From Octopus vulgaris (taxonomy: Eukaryota): a stretch of DNA of 64,000 bases. The stretch is from the NCBI GenBank assembly GCA_951406725.2, contig OX597815.1, positions 172,112,001 through 172,176,000 of the forward strand. Reading direction: 5' to 3'. The notes under the pieces were generated by a model, which worked only from the letters and a program-made list of their open reading frames with translations, was not told the DNA's origin and did no database searches. Position numbers and translations under genes: made by a program. Shown here piece by piece: positions 1 through 12,089 of the stretch (the stretch's first letter is position 1; each line of letters opens with the position of its first letter).

Positions 1-1008
1 TCTACCTACACCTTTTCTACAGATCGAGCAGGGCCATCTACCTGAAGGCGTTTGTGATTTGTCTACCTTCCTACTTATTAGGACTTTGGTTTTAGCTAGG
101 TTGACTCTAAGGCCCTTCGATTCTAAACCATGCTTCCACACCTGAAACTTCTTCTCCAGTTCTGATAATGACTCAGCAATTAGAGCAAGGTCATCAGCAT
201 AGAGGAGCTCCCAGGGGCATCCTGTCTTGAATTCCTCTGTTATTGCCTGGAGGACTATGATAAATAGGAGGGGGCTGAGGACTGAGCCTTGGTGGACCCC
301 TACCTCTACCCGGAATTCTTCACTGTACTCATTTCCAACCCTCACCTTACTAGCAGCGTCCCTGTACATGGCTTGCACAGCTCTCACTAACCATTCATCT
401 ATTCCTAGTTTCCTCATTGACCACCATATGAGGGATCGGGGGACCCTGTCGAAGGCTTTCTCCATGTCAACAAAAGCCAGGTACAGGAGCTTATCTTTGG
501 CTAGGTATTTCTCCTGCAGCTGCCTTACCAGGAATATAGCATCAGTGGTACTTTTCCCTGGCACGAAACCAAACTGCATCTCATCTAAACTAACTCTCTC
601 TCTAATTAGTTGGCTTATGACCCTCTCTGTAACCTTCATCACCTGATCCAACAGCTTGATACCTCTGTAATTATTTGTATCTAGGGCATCACCTTTACCT
701 TTGTAGCAGTTGACTATTATGCTGCTACACCAGTCATTGGGTATGACTCCTTCATGTATCACCTGATTAACTATACAGGTGACTAGGCTATAGCCGACAC
801 TACCAGATATTTTGAGCATCCCTGCAGTGATACCTGATGGGCCTGGGGCTTTCCCTGTCTTCATGCTTCTAATTGCCTTAGCTACTAAGGAACTATCAAC
901 CCTGATAGCTGGTCCCTCTGTTGGGTCAACGTTCGGCAGACTCTCTTTATCCCATTCATTTTCTTTATTCAGCAACCTTTCATAGTGGCGTCTCCAAGCC
1001 TCTCTCTT
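1..1008 (-). mobile_element. RTE-clade LINE reverse transcriptase fragment (5'-truncated, runs off the left window edge)
   Basis: Minus-strand translation gives CPWELLYADDLALIAESLSELEEKFQVWKHGLESKGLRVNLAKTKVL (YADD around 186-200), plus upstream RT motifs QFGFVPGKSTTDAIFLVRQLQEKY, DMEKAFDRVP and GVHQGSVLSPLLF. Confidence 0.92.
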
Positions 1009-1083
1009 AAAGTTGGATATAGCATACTTAATGTTGTAAGTCATGAAATTTCCATACTGATGTAAAGACATTTATCTTAGTGA

Positions 1084-2040
1084 TTAAGAGGAATCAGATG
1101 TTGTGTGCAAGAGAGACGATTGCGCTGGTATGGTCATGTGGTGAGAATGGATGAAGATAGGTGTGTGAAAAAGTGCCACACCCTGGCAGTTGAGGGGACC
1201 TGTGGAAGAGGTAGACCCAGGAAAACCTGGGTCGAGGTGGTGAAGCACGACCTTCGAACTCTAGGTCTCACCAAGGAAATGACCAGAGACCGAGACCTAT
1301 GGAAGTATGCTGTGCGTGAGAAGACCCGGCAAGACCAGTGAGAACAATCAAAATCAAATCATATATCAGAAAGCAGGGGTTAAGTGACCCATCCATTCGT
1401 GTCCGCTGTCAGCCTCGTCCTGGCACCTGTGCCGGTGATACGTAAAAGCACCATTCGCTCGTGGCCGTTTGCCAGCTCTGCCTGGCCCCGTGTCGGTGGC
1501 ACGTAAAAGCACCATCCGTTCATTGCCAGCCTCGCCTGGCCCCGTGCCGGTGACATGTAAAAGCACCGTCCGTTCGTGGCCGTTTGCCAGCTCTGTCTGG
1601 CCCCGTGTCGGTGGCACGTAAAAGCACCATCCGTTCGCGTCCGTTGCCAGCCTCGGCTGGCCCCCGTGCCGGTGACACGTAAAAGCACCGTCCGTTCGTG
1701 GCCGTTTGCCAGCTCTGTCTGGCCCCGTGTCGGTGGCATGTAAAAGCACCATCCGTTCATGTCCGTTGCCAGCATCGCCTGGCCCCGTGCCGGTGACACG
1801 TAAAAGCACCATCCGTTCGTGGCCGTTCGCCAGCTCTGTCTGGCACCTGTGCAGGTGGCACGTAAAAAACACCCACTACACTCGCGGAGTGGTTGGCGTT
1901 AGGAAGGGCATCCAGCCGTAGAAACACTGCCAGATCTGACTGGGCCTGACGAAGCCTTCCAGCTTCACAGACCCCAGTTGACCCGTCCAACCCATGCTAG
2001 CATGGAAAGCGGATGCTAAACGATGATGATGATGATGATG
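1084..2040 (+). mobile_element. 3' end of an RTE-clade LINE: ORF C-terminus, 3' UTR minisatellite and (GAT)n tail
   Basis: ORF 1105-1341 RRLRWYGHVVRMDEDR...GRGRPRKTW...DRDLWK is the typical RTE C-terminus. The element ends in (GAT)n at about 2022-2040. Confidence 0.88.
1400..1870 (+). repeat. GC-rich ~60-bp minisatellite (~8 units, alternating two variants) in the LINE 3' UTR
   Basis: GTAAAAGCACC..CCGTTC recurs at about 1442, 1503, 1557, 1618, 1679, 1740, 1800 and 1862. Confidence 0.9.
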
Positions 2041-2169
2041 ATATATATAATTAAATAAATGGAGTTAAACGCAGGTGTTATTCAAATTCTTTTACTTCTG
2101 ACACGTGTTTTGAAGATATCACTGGTATTAATTATTAACAAGGGAAAAATACACACACACATATGTATG

Positions 2170-2252
<83 letters not shown>

Positions 2253-2446
2253 GTATCTATGTGTATATATATATAATATACACATACACACATACACATA
2301 CACACATATTACATCTTAGCCAAAAGATCATATAATATTATATTATATTTTATTATAGTAATGCTTTTTTATGTTCAGTTATAATAAAAACAATTTTACC
2401 TTAATCTGATGGGTTACTCTATACTCTTATAGAATACAAATTTATT

Positions 2447-2540
2447 ATTCTTATACAAGAATGTTGTTGACAGTGGCTTTGAAGTTTCAGCCAGCTAAGC
2501 CGAAACTTCAAAGTTACTGTCAATAACATTCTTGTATAAG

Positions 2541-2543
<3 letters not shown>
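2447..2543. repeat. Fold-back hairpin with ~42-bp arms
   Basis: ATTCTTATACAAGAATGTTGTTGACAGTGGCTTTGAAGTTTC and GAAACTTCAAAGTTACTGTCAATAACATTCTTGTATAAGAAT are reverse complements with three G:T pairs. Confidence 0.9.
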
Positions 2544-2580
<37 letters not shown>

Positions 2581-2726
2581 TGTGAGGGTGAGAGAGAAAA
2601 GGAAGAAAAAGAGAAAGTTGAAAATGCATTTGAGGTCATTTATGTTAACCGATTTCAAAACTTCATTATAATTATGGATTTTACACAGCAAATTATAGTA
2701 ATGATAATTCGATCTGTATGAATATA

Positions 2727-3112
2727 CTCTCTCTTTACTCTTTTACTTGTCACAGTCATTTGACTGCAGCCATGCTGGAGCACCGCCTTTAGTCGAGCAA
2801 GTCAATCCCAGAATTAAGACTTATTCTTTGTAAGCCTAGTACTTATTCTATCAGTGTCTTTTGCCGAACTGCTAACATAAACACACCAGCATCAGTTGTC
2901 AAGTGATGTTGGGGGCACAGACAAAGACACACAAATATACACACACACATACATATATATATAGATATATACGACGGGCTTCTTTCAGTTTCTGTCTACC
3001 AAATCCACTAAGGCTATAGTAGAAGACACATGCCCAAGGTGCCATGCAGTGGGACTGAACTCAGAACCATGTGGTTCATAAGCAAGCTACATACCACACA
3101 GCCACTCCTGTG

Positions 3113-3113
<1 letters not shown>
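2727..3113 (-). mobile_element. tRNA-derived SINE, family A (CORE-type, internal microsatellite)
   Basis: Minus-strand head has A box TGGCTGTGTGG and B box GTTCAGTCCC. Near-identical copies at 18896-19283, 31390-31808 and 62656-63036. Confidence 0.85.
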
Positions 3114-3153
<40 letters not shown>

Positions 3154-3717
3154 TAATCCAAACAAGAAAACAAAAAGACAACAACGCGAGGATGTGGAAC
3201 AAATAAAGAAGGGAAGAAGGGAAGGAAAGAAGGGAAGAAGGAGGGTATGACGTTTCGAGAGGAGCTTTTCGTCGGAAACATAGAAGAAAGAAAGATCCCG
3301 AGGTGGGAGGACAGAGGAAAAAAATTGCAAGTGGTCTTCACGAGGTCACATACATATATATAAGTAAAACAAGCTGGAAAGTTACAAATGATATCACAGC
3401 TAATGGCCTTGCAAACAGCTGCTAGCAAATGTATTGTTTTTGAAATGTTGCTTTAGACATGTGATTTTACTAAGTTATTCTCTGCTATCACTGCATGTTA
3501 GGTAAACAGAGAAAGAATAGCAGTCTAAGTCCTTTAATCCTTCTAAAATATTCTCATTCGATTACATTGTCTTATCTAAATAACAGTCACAATCTGTTTC
3601 AACGCTGTTGTTAATTTTTTTAGATAAATGGACTTTTTTCATGTAACCTCACTCAGTCGGCAGCACTGTCAGCACATTGGTACAAAGGAAAACATTAATA
3701 TCTTAGGAATTTAGACT

Positions 3718-3903
3718 GCGAGCTGGCAGAATCCTTCATCTGTCACTTAAGTCCTGAGTTCAAATTCTGCCGAGGTCGGCTTTGCCTTTCATCCTTTTGT
3801 AGTGAATAAAATAAGTACCAGTTGAGCACTAGGGGTGATTTAATCGACTAAGCCCTTCACTGGAAATGCTGGCCTTGCGCCAAAATTGAAACTTTGAAAC
3901 CAA
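3718..3903 (+). mobile_element. SINE family B (core GTCGACTTTGCCTTTCATCCTTTCGGGGTCGATAAA..AAGTACCAG), diverged
   Basis: Matches the copies at 14313, 23515, 25397 and 60361. Confidence 0.75.
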
Positions 3904-4386
3904 TATTTCAGGAATTTATTTGTTGTACAGATGTTCAAATTTTAGTTAACAGATATTTGTGTGTAAATGGGTTCTTGTAAATAAGCTGGACTGTTATATT
4001 TTCCAGTTAATCCCATTTGTTCTACATAGTCTTCATTGCAATTGTACATGTAACAAGATAAATTTAATTTCTTGATGTACTGTAAATATATGACCTGATT
4101 TGAATTAATAAGTTACACCTTCAATAATGTGATTAACGAAATTAGACAATTATGGGGTCTACAATTTTTTTTTTTTGCCATTAAAATTGTATTTTTAATA
4201 CTAATTTAGCACTGATTTATAATCTCTTTAAGGGCTTTGTTCATTTTAAACTTATAATTATCTTTTGTTTTGAGTGCCCTTTCCATTCGTGAATGTTTTG
4301 CCGACAATATATGCTATAGTTTATGATAGTTGTTTCTGTATTTCATAGGTTGTATGTTGATACATAATGCAAAGCATTAGGGGTAT

Positions 4387-4451
4387 CTGAAATATCTTTT
4401 GTACTTTGCAATTCTGAAATATCTTTTGTACTTTGCAATTCTGAAATATCT
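4387..4451 (+). repeat. 27-bp tandem duplication (~2.4 copies)
   Basis: CTGAAATATCTTTTGTACTTTGCAATT repeated. Confidence 0.85.
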
Positions 4452-5684
4452 ACCTCTTTAAAACGCTCTATTTCCTTATCAGTTAATGTTACTGGCAACC
4501 ATCTTTCAAATAGTATTTTCTTTAATTTTTGAAGTTGTTTAAACCGACTTCCTTCAGTAGATACAAAAATGCAGATTCATCTTACCAAATTAAACTATAT
4601 ATTTGCTCTGGTATGTTTTGAATGGCAAGAAATAACATTGTTTTCAGTTGATTGGTTTGCAGTTTCAATGTCGGCATTTCTTTTAATGGCCAACATGTCT
4701 AAAATTGATATTTATTTGTCTATGCTGTCACCTGCCACCCAATGTTGTGTTTATTAGTGCTTTACTTTCTTTCACATTTTCTATGCTATATACATATGGG
4801 AGCAATAGTATTTTCTATGTATTTTATTTGCCTCTTTCCCTTTGAGTTTGCCAGTTTTCTTATTATCTTAACATGTCATTAAATATCATTATATATTGTC
4901 CTCTTCTACGAAAGAGTATCATAAAAGTATTTCTTTCTCTGTTTAATCTTATATTATAAAATTTAAGCTGACGTCAGTCTGTCTGCCTGTCAATCATTTA
5001 ATCAATATTCACAGATACCATCTGATAAGTTAGTATTTAAGTATACAATATGTATAAATATTAAACTATTTCTATATTTTCTTTTTCTCCCTCTATTGTG
5101 GTAAAAGTTTGATATATACTAAAAAGTATTCATAAATTTCTATCCTTTTTGTTATAATATTCTTCTTAATAATCTTTTGAATAACCCTAAACTTTATCTG
5201 TATACAATATAGCAGCATTGTTTTATAGTATTTAACTGTAGTACTACATGATAAGACTTCCCCTGTTTCATTATCAATGGTCTGCTAGTGGGCTATCAGT
5301 TAACATCTTGTTTTAAATTTTCCCTTACTAAACCTCATGACATTGCTTCTAATAAATCTTGATTTTATGACTATACCATCTAGAATGTCTGTCTACTCCA
5401 TCAACTCTACCCCCCCCCCGAACAGATACTACCCTCTGTTTTCTCTCAGCCTTAAATATACAAAGGATTTGATAAACTAGTCTATAAATTAAAACTGACC
5501 CCATAAAAGAACAAAATAACAAAAAATCAGTAACAGGCAATGTCTTCTTGGGAAAAAAAATTCAGTTACAATTATGATGTTGTAGGTACAACATGTTCCT
5601 TGTCTATCTCCTTAACTTACTGGAGATATTAGGTAAAATTATACTAATGTGTTCTGTTCTAATTTAATTAAATTCTATTACTTT

Positions 5685-5778
5685 ATGCAGCTGAAGATTG
5701 CTCTACATTTTAAATTGATGTAATGAAATGATTGCATTGTTCAATTAAATGGAATTGTATGAAACGATCGTACTGCAT
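5685..5778 (+). ncRNA. Type I hammerhead ribozyme candidate with extended stem II
   Basis: ATGCAG-CTGAAGA(5691-5697)-63-nt hairpin-GAAA(5761-5764)-CGATCG-TA-CTGCAT. Stem I is ATGCAG/CTGCAT, stem III is palindromic, and the cleavage triplet is GUA. Confidence 0.75.
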
Positions 5779-6463
5779 TACCTCTGGATATCCTTGTTGC
5801 TTATTTTGATTTTAATCACCCTATTTTGAAATTGTATGGATAATACCGTACAAAATTCTGGTGCCTCAACTTACATACCATATTCATCTGAATCTAAATT
5901 GTCACAACACTTATGTAGAAAGAAAAAAGAAGGGGAGGATAAAAGTTGTTGTTGAGATAGAAATACAGTGAGAGAGAGAATGATGTATGTATGTATGTAT
6001 GTATGTATGTATGTATGTATGTATGTAGGTAGGTAGGTAGGTAGATAGATAGGTAGATAGGTAGGTAGTGTAGTCACCATTTAAATGTTATAGTTTAGCA
6101 GTATTCAAATGCTTATTAAACTTCACAGAGTAAATCAATCTAAACATTATTTGAACAATTTATGTAGGTGCATGCATGATTTACAAATATTTTTACCAGC
6201 AGCGTTGCTACAGGTACGACCTACCATATCTAAAATTTTCTTTCACCTCTTTTATGTAATGTTGCTACTGATAATCAAATTAGTAAGAACAAATAAAATA
6301 ACAGCGAACAATATGACTAAATAAAACATCAAACATATAGAACCTAACTACTACACTGATTTTGTGCATTAATATATATTACTACAGAAAACTTTGAATG
6401 ATGGAAACACTCAGGAATTGATCTGGATAGGAAGTCATAAGCTTCTTACACACACACAAACAC

Positions 6464-6536
<73 letters not shown>

Positions 6537-6539
6537 TTT

Positions 6540-6760
6540 ATTATCTTTTACTTGTTTCAGTTATTAGACAGCGCCAGTTATAAGGCACCACCCTGAAGAC
6601 TTTTTAGTCGAATGAATTGACCCCAGTACTTATTTTATCAGGATCTCTTGCCAAAGTTACGGGAACATAAACACACCAACAGCGATTGTCAAACGGTGGT
6701 GAGGGAACACAGACACAATGACACACGTACACATACATACACATATATAAACCCGTCGTA
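6540..6760 (-). mobile_element. SINE family A, partial and diverged
   Basis: TTTTACTTGTTTCAG...GACCCCAGTACTTATT...AAACACACCAACAGCGATTGTCAA matches the family A tail. Confidence 0.65.
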
Positions 6761-6781
6761 TATGTGTGTGTGTAAGAGAGC

Positions 6782-6820
<39 letters not shown>

Positions 6821-8164
6821 AAAGAGGAATTTCGGTTGTCCCCATATATATATATAATGAAAATATGTTCCTAATCATAGACAACATGCTTTACAGCCAC
6901 CGAGGACCGTGAATTCAGAACACAGCAAAAGTTGCACCACAATAACTAAGATTCCAATTCAAGGCCATAAAATAATTCAGTTCAGAACATTTGTTGAGTC
7001 TTCAATGCTCAGTGGAATACTACTCCGACATCCAATGTTGTCTAAACGAATGTGTACACGGCGCAGTTGCCGAGTGCATTACTTTGTCAGGGAGCCTATA
7101 ATGCTGTAATGACAGCACTACCCATTGTTCTGCTGCCACACACAAACATCTTAGACTGTATATAAAAAAAGAGAAAGCCACAGACTGGTTTGTAAACACT
7201 TGCTCACTAAATTATTTTAACCTTTAGCTCACAGAAATGCTCTTTATCCACTCAACATTTTCATGGTTACTACAATAGATTCTACTTTTTAAAGTTAGCT
7301 TTTTTTTTCTCTATGCTGCACCTACCATCTTTTCCCGTTCTTTTATTCAATAATGTCAGCCCTTTGGAATTCTCTTCCTACCCATGCCTTTCTTGCAGTC
7401 ATTGAACTTAGCATCAACTGTATCAATCTTATTTAACTCGGAAAGTCAGCGAAGTACAAGAGCAATGCCCTGTCCAGTTGACTAAATAATAACTAAATAA
7501 TAGCAGACACCTATCCTTTAAAACATACAATAATTAGATTTTGTACATTTCATTTATAAGCTTAAAATATATGCTTCGATTATCAATAGCAAGCTAAGAA
7601 ATTCCTTTTATTTTCGACAAAGTATACCATTATCGAATGAAATTAACTCAGGAATAATGTCAATAAGAAATGCAAAGACCTGAAATGTATGAGGAAACCT
7701 CCAGTAATAGTTTTTTCAACTATTCCAAATATAATATTTACCTATTTGGAAAATATCACTAGAAAGTATCTCTTTAGAAGATGAACGATTATGCATCATA
7801 CAAAGCCCATAATCAGAACAAAGGCCTGTGTTCGATGCGGAAGCTGACTGTGGTGGCTGAAATAATGCAGTCTGGGATTGAGTACTTGAGGAGATTTTTC
7901 TCAAATACATTCAACATAGCTCTCTTATATACACACTATATATTTCAACAAAATCTTCTGCACCACTGAAAGTTGTGTCTTGCTCATGAACATAGCTTAT
8001 CACCAGTGTTAGGATACGAACCTTCGACCTTTATGCTAGCAGGCCTATATCCCATCAGTTCTACCATATGAACGAAATTATCAGTTGTTACTCTTGTAAC
8101 GGTCCAAGAGTCGGAAAGGCCAAGGTAAACTGAAACGTTTCGAGTGTGATACAACATAATTTTG

Positions 8165-8300
8165 CCAACGAGGTGGCCGAATCAACGGCGTGTCGGGGAG
8201 AATATTTTTCGGTATTTGTTCCTGAGTTCAAATCTTTCTGATGTCAAACTTGCCTTTCAACCTTCCAGAGTCGATAAATAAAGTAACATTCCAGTTCGGC
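8165..8300 (+). mobile_element. SINE family B, diverged
   Basis: CTGAGTTCAAAT...CTTGCCTTTCAACCTTCCAGAGTCGATAAATAAAGTA. Confidence 0.6.
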
Positions 8301-8303
8301 CTA

Positions 8304-8390
8304 TTCTTCTTCTTCTTCTTCTTCTTCTTCTTCTTCTTCTTCTTCTTCTTCTTCTTCTTCTTCTTCTTCTTCTTCTTCTTCTTCTTCTTC
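8304..8390 (+). repeat. (TTC)n microsatellite
   Basis: Seen directly; it explains the poly-K and poly-R ORFs. Confidence 0.97.
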
Positions 8391-9826
8391 CGACGAAAAT
8401 GAAAAGAAGGATTTTTAAAACCGCCAGAATCAAAAGTGCCAATGCCGTATATCACGACTCCATCAGTAATCTGGGGCCCGAAAAGAGGAAGGACATAATT
8501 CAAGATATTCAGGGTGCACACGAGTTCTGATTTAATCTTATCCCACATGAACGCAATAACATTATTATTCCAACAATCCAAAGAAATAAAGCTCCGTAAG
8601 AAATAAAGCTCTGAGAGAGCTATAGATGAAGTGCAAGGCATAAAACATTGGTATTGTCAAATGAGTGATATTCAACTATAATATGAATCTATTAAGATTT
8701 AAAAGGTATATATAAAAAAAATATGCTACAAGATGACGCAAAAAGCAGAGAAAAATGGAAATCACTTCGACAAGGAGCTTCCTTTACTCAAATCATTAGA
8801 TATAGTAATAAACAACTACAAAAGTTTCTGCAATAATATCACAGAGAATGGATTAGAGATGCTTTTAGTTGTTTCCTTATGAAACCACGAAACCATGATA
8901 CTTAGGTAAAACGGAAAAGAAATTTTTTTGTAATGCTTTAGCAATATAAATGAAGTCAAAATAACTTCTGACGCAAATCAAAATTAGGTCGCAGACTCGG
9001 CTTCCCAACGTGTGTCATAACGAAAGCTAAAAACAGCAAGCGCTTTTATCGAAATAGATTACACTTCTTCTAATAAATTCACCTTCTAGCTGTGTTCTGG
9101 TCAGTGTAATTCGTGTTTCGGTGTTGATTATTCACTATTTCTATGTCCATTCATGTTATCTGATAAAATTAAGTTGTCTAGCACTCTCTTCAAAAGCAAA
9201 TAAGCGACGCGAATTACACCTTCGCTTGACCACTTTTAACATTTTAGTGGACTATCAATAATTACCATATTCATTTATTCCAAGAATTATCTTTTCATAA
9301 AGCAAAGTCATTCTGTACAGATTTGTAGAGAATTATGAATCTGACCAAAATAGACGAAAATAATAATAATTCATTTGGTTTTATTCGCATTCCCTCTGCT
9401 CGATATATTAATTACCGACCACTATTAAATGTACATATGATATTAGGCTTCGTTTTCCAGATTAAAGATTGAAGCACTCAGAAAATATGAATATAATATA
9501 TAGAGAGATTAAACAGCTTGTTACAAGTGTTTTGATGAATTTTACACACATATATACACGCGCACAAATACACATGTACACATACATGCGTGCGTGCAGA
9601 GTGTGTCTGCACAGTGTGGGGAATAATGTATATTACAGGTAGAAAAGTTCAGCACTTTTAGCAGAAAACGTCAACCATGGAAACGTCGAGTATACTGCGT
9701 TGTTTCTCGGCATAATTGCGGAGTAGCATTTGGTCAGACGGAGGCGATTGGTAAAATGACAATAAGTAGTCAAACTGAGACCAGTAAAGCTCTGTAGCGT
9801 ATGCTTAGTGAAATTCTATCACTCTC

Positions 9827-10520
9827 TGTTATATATACATGAATACGGACGTAATAGATAACAGCTAGCCTTCGGACGCTCTTTTGCACTCTGTTGTGTC
9901 CACTACTCTGATTGGTTGGTATTGGCGAAATTTGTCTCTTGCACTGTTACGCGCCAATATGCAACCCAACCAATCGCAGCCTTCTGATAAGGTCACGTGA
10001 GACAGTCTATTCTAAACCCCAGTTTGCGCCGACTGTTTACTATAAAATGCTAGCTTCAATACCGTCTTTCGGTTCTAGACCTTCTGAGGTCTAACCACTG
10101 ACCACAGAGCACACAGCCAGTTCCAGCGACAACACCACCAGCAGCCACATGGAGAAACAGCAACACTTCGTCCAGCAGCATTCAGGACCTCCATCTCTGC
10201 CGCCTCCGTCTTAACGTCGTCAACAACATCTTTCTACGTACACAGCAACCAGCCACACTCGCACAGGTTCAATCTCCTCACTATTTGTGAAATACTTCAC
10301 CATGGTTAACAGCAAGCACAACCTGCAATAACTCCTGTAACAAGTCAACCGGATCTGCATAGTAGCCACAGCTTCTCGCACGACATGTCCCTCAACCGGC
10401 TCTGCTTCTTCGCCTCAACTTCTTGCTACAGCACTTCACTATCGTGTACCCTGACGACGAACTGGTATTTATCATCTAATTATTTATCTCCTTCTAAAAT
10501 CAGGCACAACTTGGCGATCG
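9827..10520 (+). mobile_element. Possible LTR of an LTR retrotransposon followed by a primer-binding site
   Basis: Begins TGTT and ends ..GGCACA (10508), followed by ACTTGGCGATCG (TGGCG PBS-like). Internal CCAAT and TATAAAA (10041). GC is higher than the flanks. No second LTR seen. Confidence 0.35.
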
Positions 10521-12089
10521 ATCGACTTACAACACCGTTCTTCATCTTGAGTTTACTTAGTTGAGTGTGTGTTACCATATGTTGTTTTTAACACATTCAT
10601 GAATGTTATGTTGGGCTTTGTGTCTAGGCATAGTCTGAGAGCTGAACGGATCTGATCCTTCGTTATCCGCATGGCTGCCTCTGCGTAGTTGTTTGTGTAC
10701 AACAAGGTCAAGGGAAGCTCTGATTGGCTGTATGCAAATGAGTTCATTACTAGGGTGCGGTACTCTCGTAGGAAAAAAAAATTTTACTCCCCGAGCGACT
10801 ATTCAAGTTGTCGGTACTTTGAGCCGGCCCTATCTATCGATGAAACTATACTGCAAATCTATGGATTTACATCTCAAGAATATAATGACATAAGATATTC
10901 ACTACAAAACTGAGGCAACTGTAATCTCTAACGCATAGGACTGGGAGGGTTTATTTTCAGTTAATGAAGATCAATTTGGTATTCATAATGTAGTGGATTG
11001 AGGACAAGATAGTCCGATTAAGTAACCTGAATATTATTTGATTCTCCAGTGTGATGCGTCAAAATATTCCTTATCGATGGTCCAACAACCCTCAACGTCT
11101 CGAAAATTAAGTTTTGAAAAATGGGATTTTCTGACAGATTATGTCTTTCAGAGCCCTATTTCGTTCAGTTACAGATCAGTAATTCCCATCTCCGCTGCAG
11201 CATTAAAGATTTGCGATGGAACAAACGGGTCGCTACTTTGGCATCAGATACGAGGTGTTTACATCTTATCTAAAGTCAAAGAGACTACCCGACCACTTTT
11301 CAACATACCTGAACAATTTCAACGTTAAGGGTATACTTACTCTGACTAGGGCTTGTGGTGAAAATTCACGTGACCCGCATTCAGTCGACTTGGTAATCTA
11401 TAAAAAAAACCCCTCAGAATCGAGGAGGTTAACCATCCATAACAAGACCTCGTTCTTCTATATTCTTTGGTTTCGAATATGAAGCCGATGGCGATGCGGA
11501 TCTTATCCAGGCTTAGTAAGCCACTGATGTGTGCTTCGGGTAAAGCACTACGTGGCTAATAATCATGGCAGCATTCGAAAACTACTACAAACTAAGAAAG
11601 TATTTATTTATTATAAAATGTTTCTGTTTTTTGTAGGTGTAGAGTTAGCAACAGTACCAGAGCTCGGAACCTTGTAGGAGAGACACCGACTATATCTAGC
11701 CGGTAGCATTTGGCTTCTACTTGTTCCTGCCCTTTACGCGTAAGGAATGTGACATAATTCCCAGTCCTTAGTGGCTGTCCTCACCTCGACCCACTTCGGG
11801 GTCTCGGATCAAGCATCCTTTGTATATCTACCCAATGCCTCCTAGAATAAGTTACAGGCATATTTCTGGTTATACCGACATTGGGTGGAGACTGCAATAT
11901 ATTTTACTGCCTAAGATCCGAACGCGTCTCTCTTGTTAACCCATGCGACGGACTATGCAGTATGGGTGTTCCTTTGAACCCTTTTCATATTGCAGTTTTT
12001 TGTGGTCTTATTCACACCAAACATCAATAAAACCACCAAAAACTTTTGTCATCTCTAACCCCTTTCTGTACTGGACGTCTGTGCTTGAT

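Noticed and set aside
227-646. 139-aa plus-strand ORF
   Set aside because: Antisense shadow of the minus-strand RT.
1366-1872. Repetitive ORFs and a CRISPR-like look
   Set aside because: A tandem minisatellite in a LINE 3' UTR, with no unique spacers and no cas genes, in a eukaryotic context.
8228-8641. Poly-Lys and poly-Arg ORFs
   Set aside because: Produced by (TTC)n; the adjacent sequence looks like an old LINE 3' remnant.
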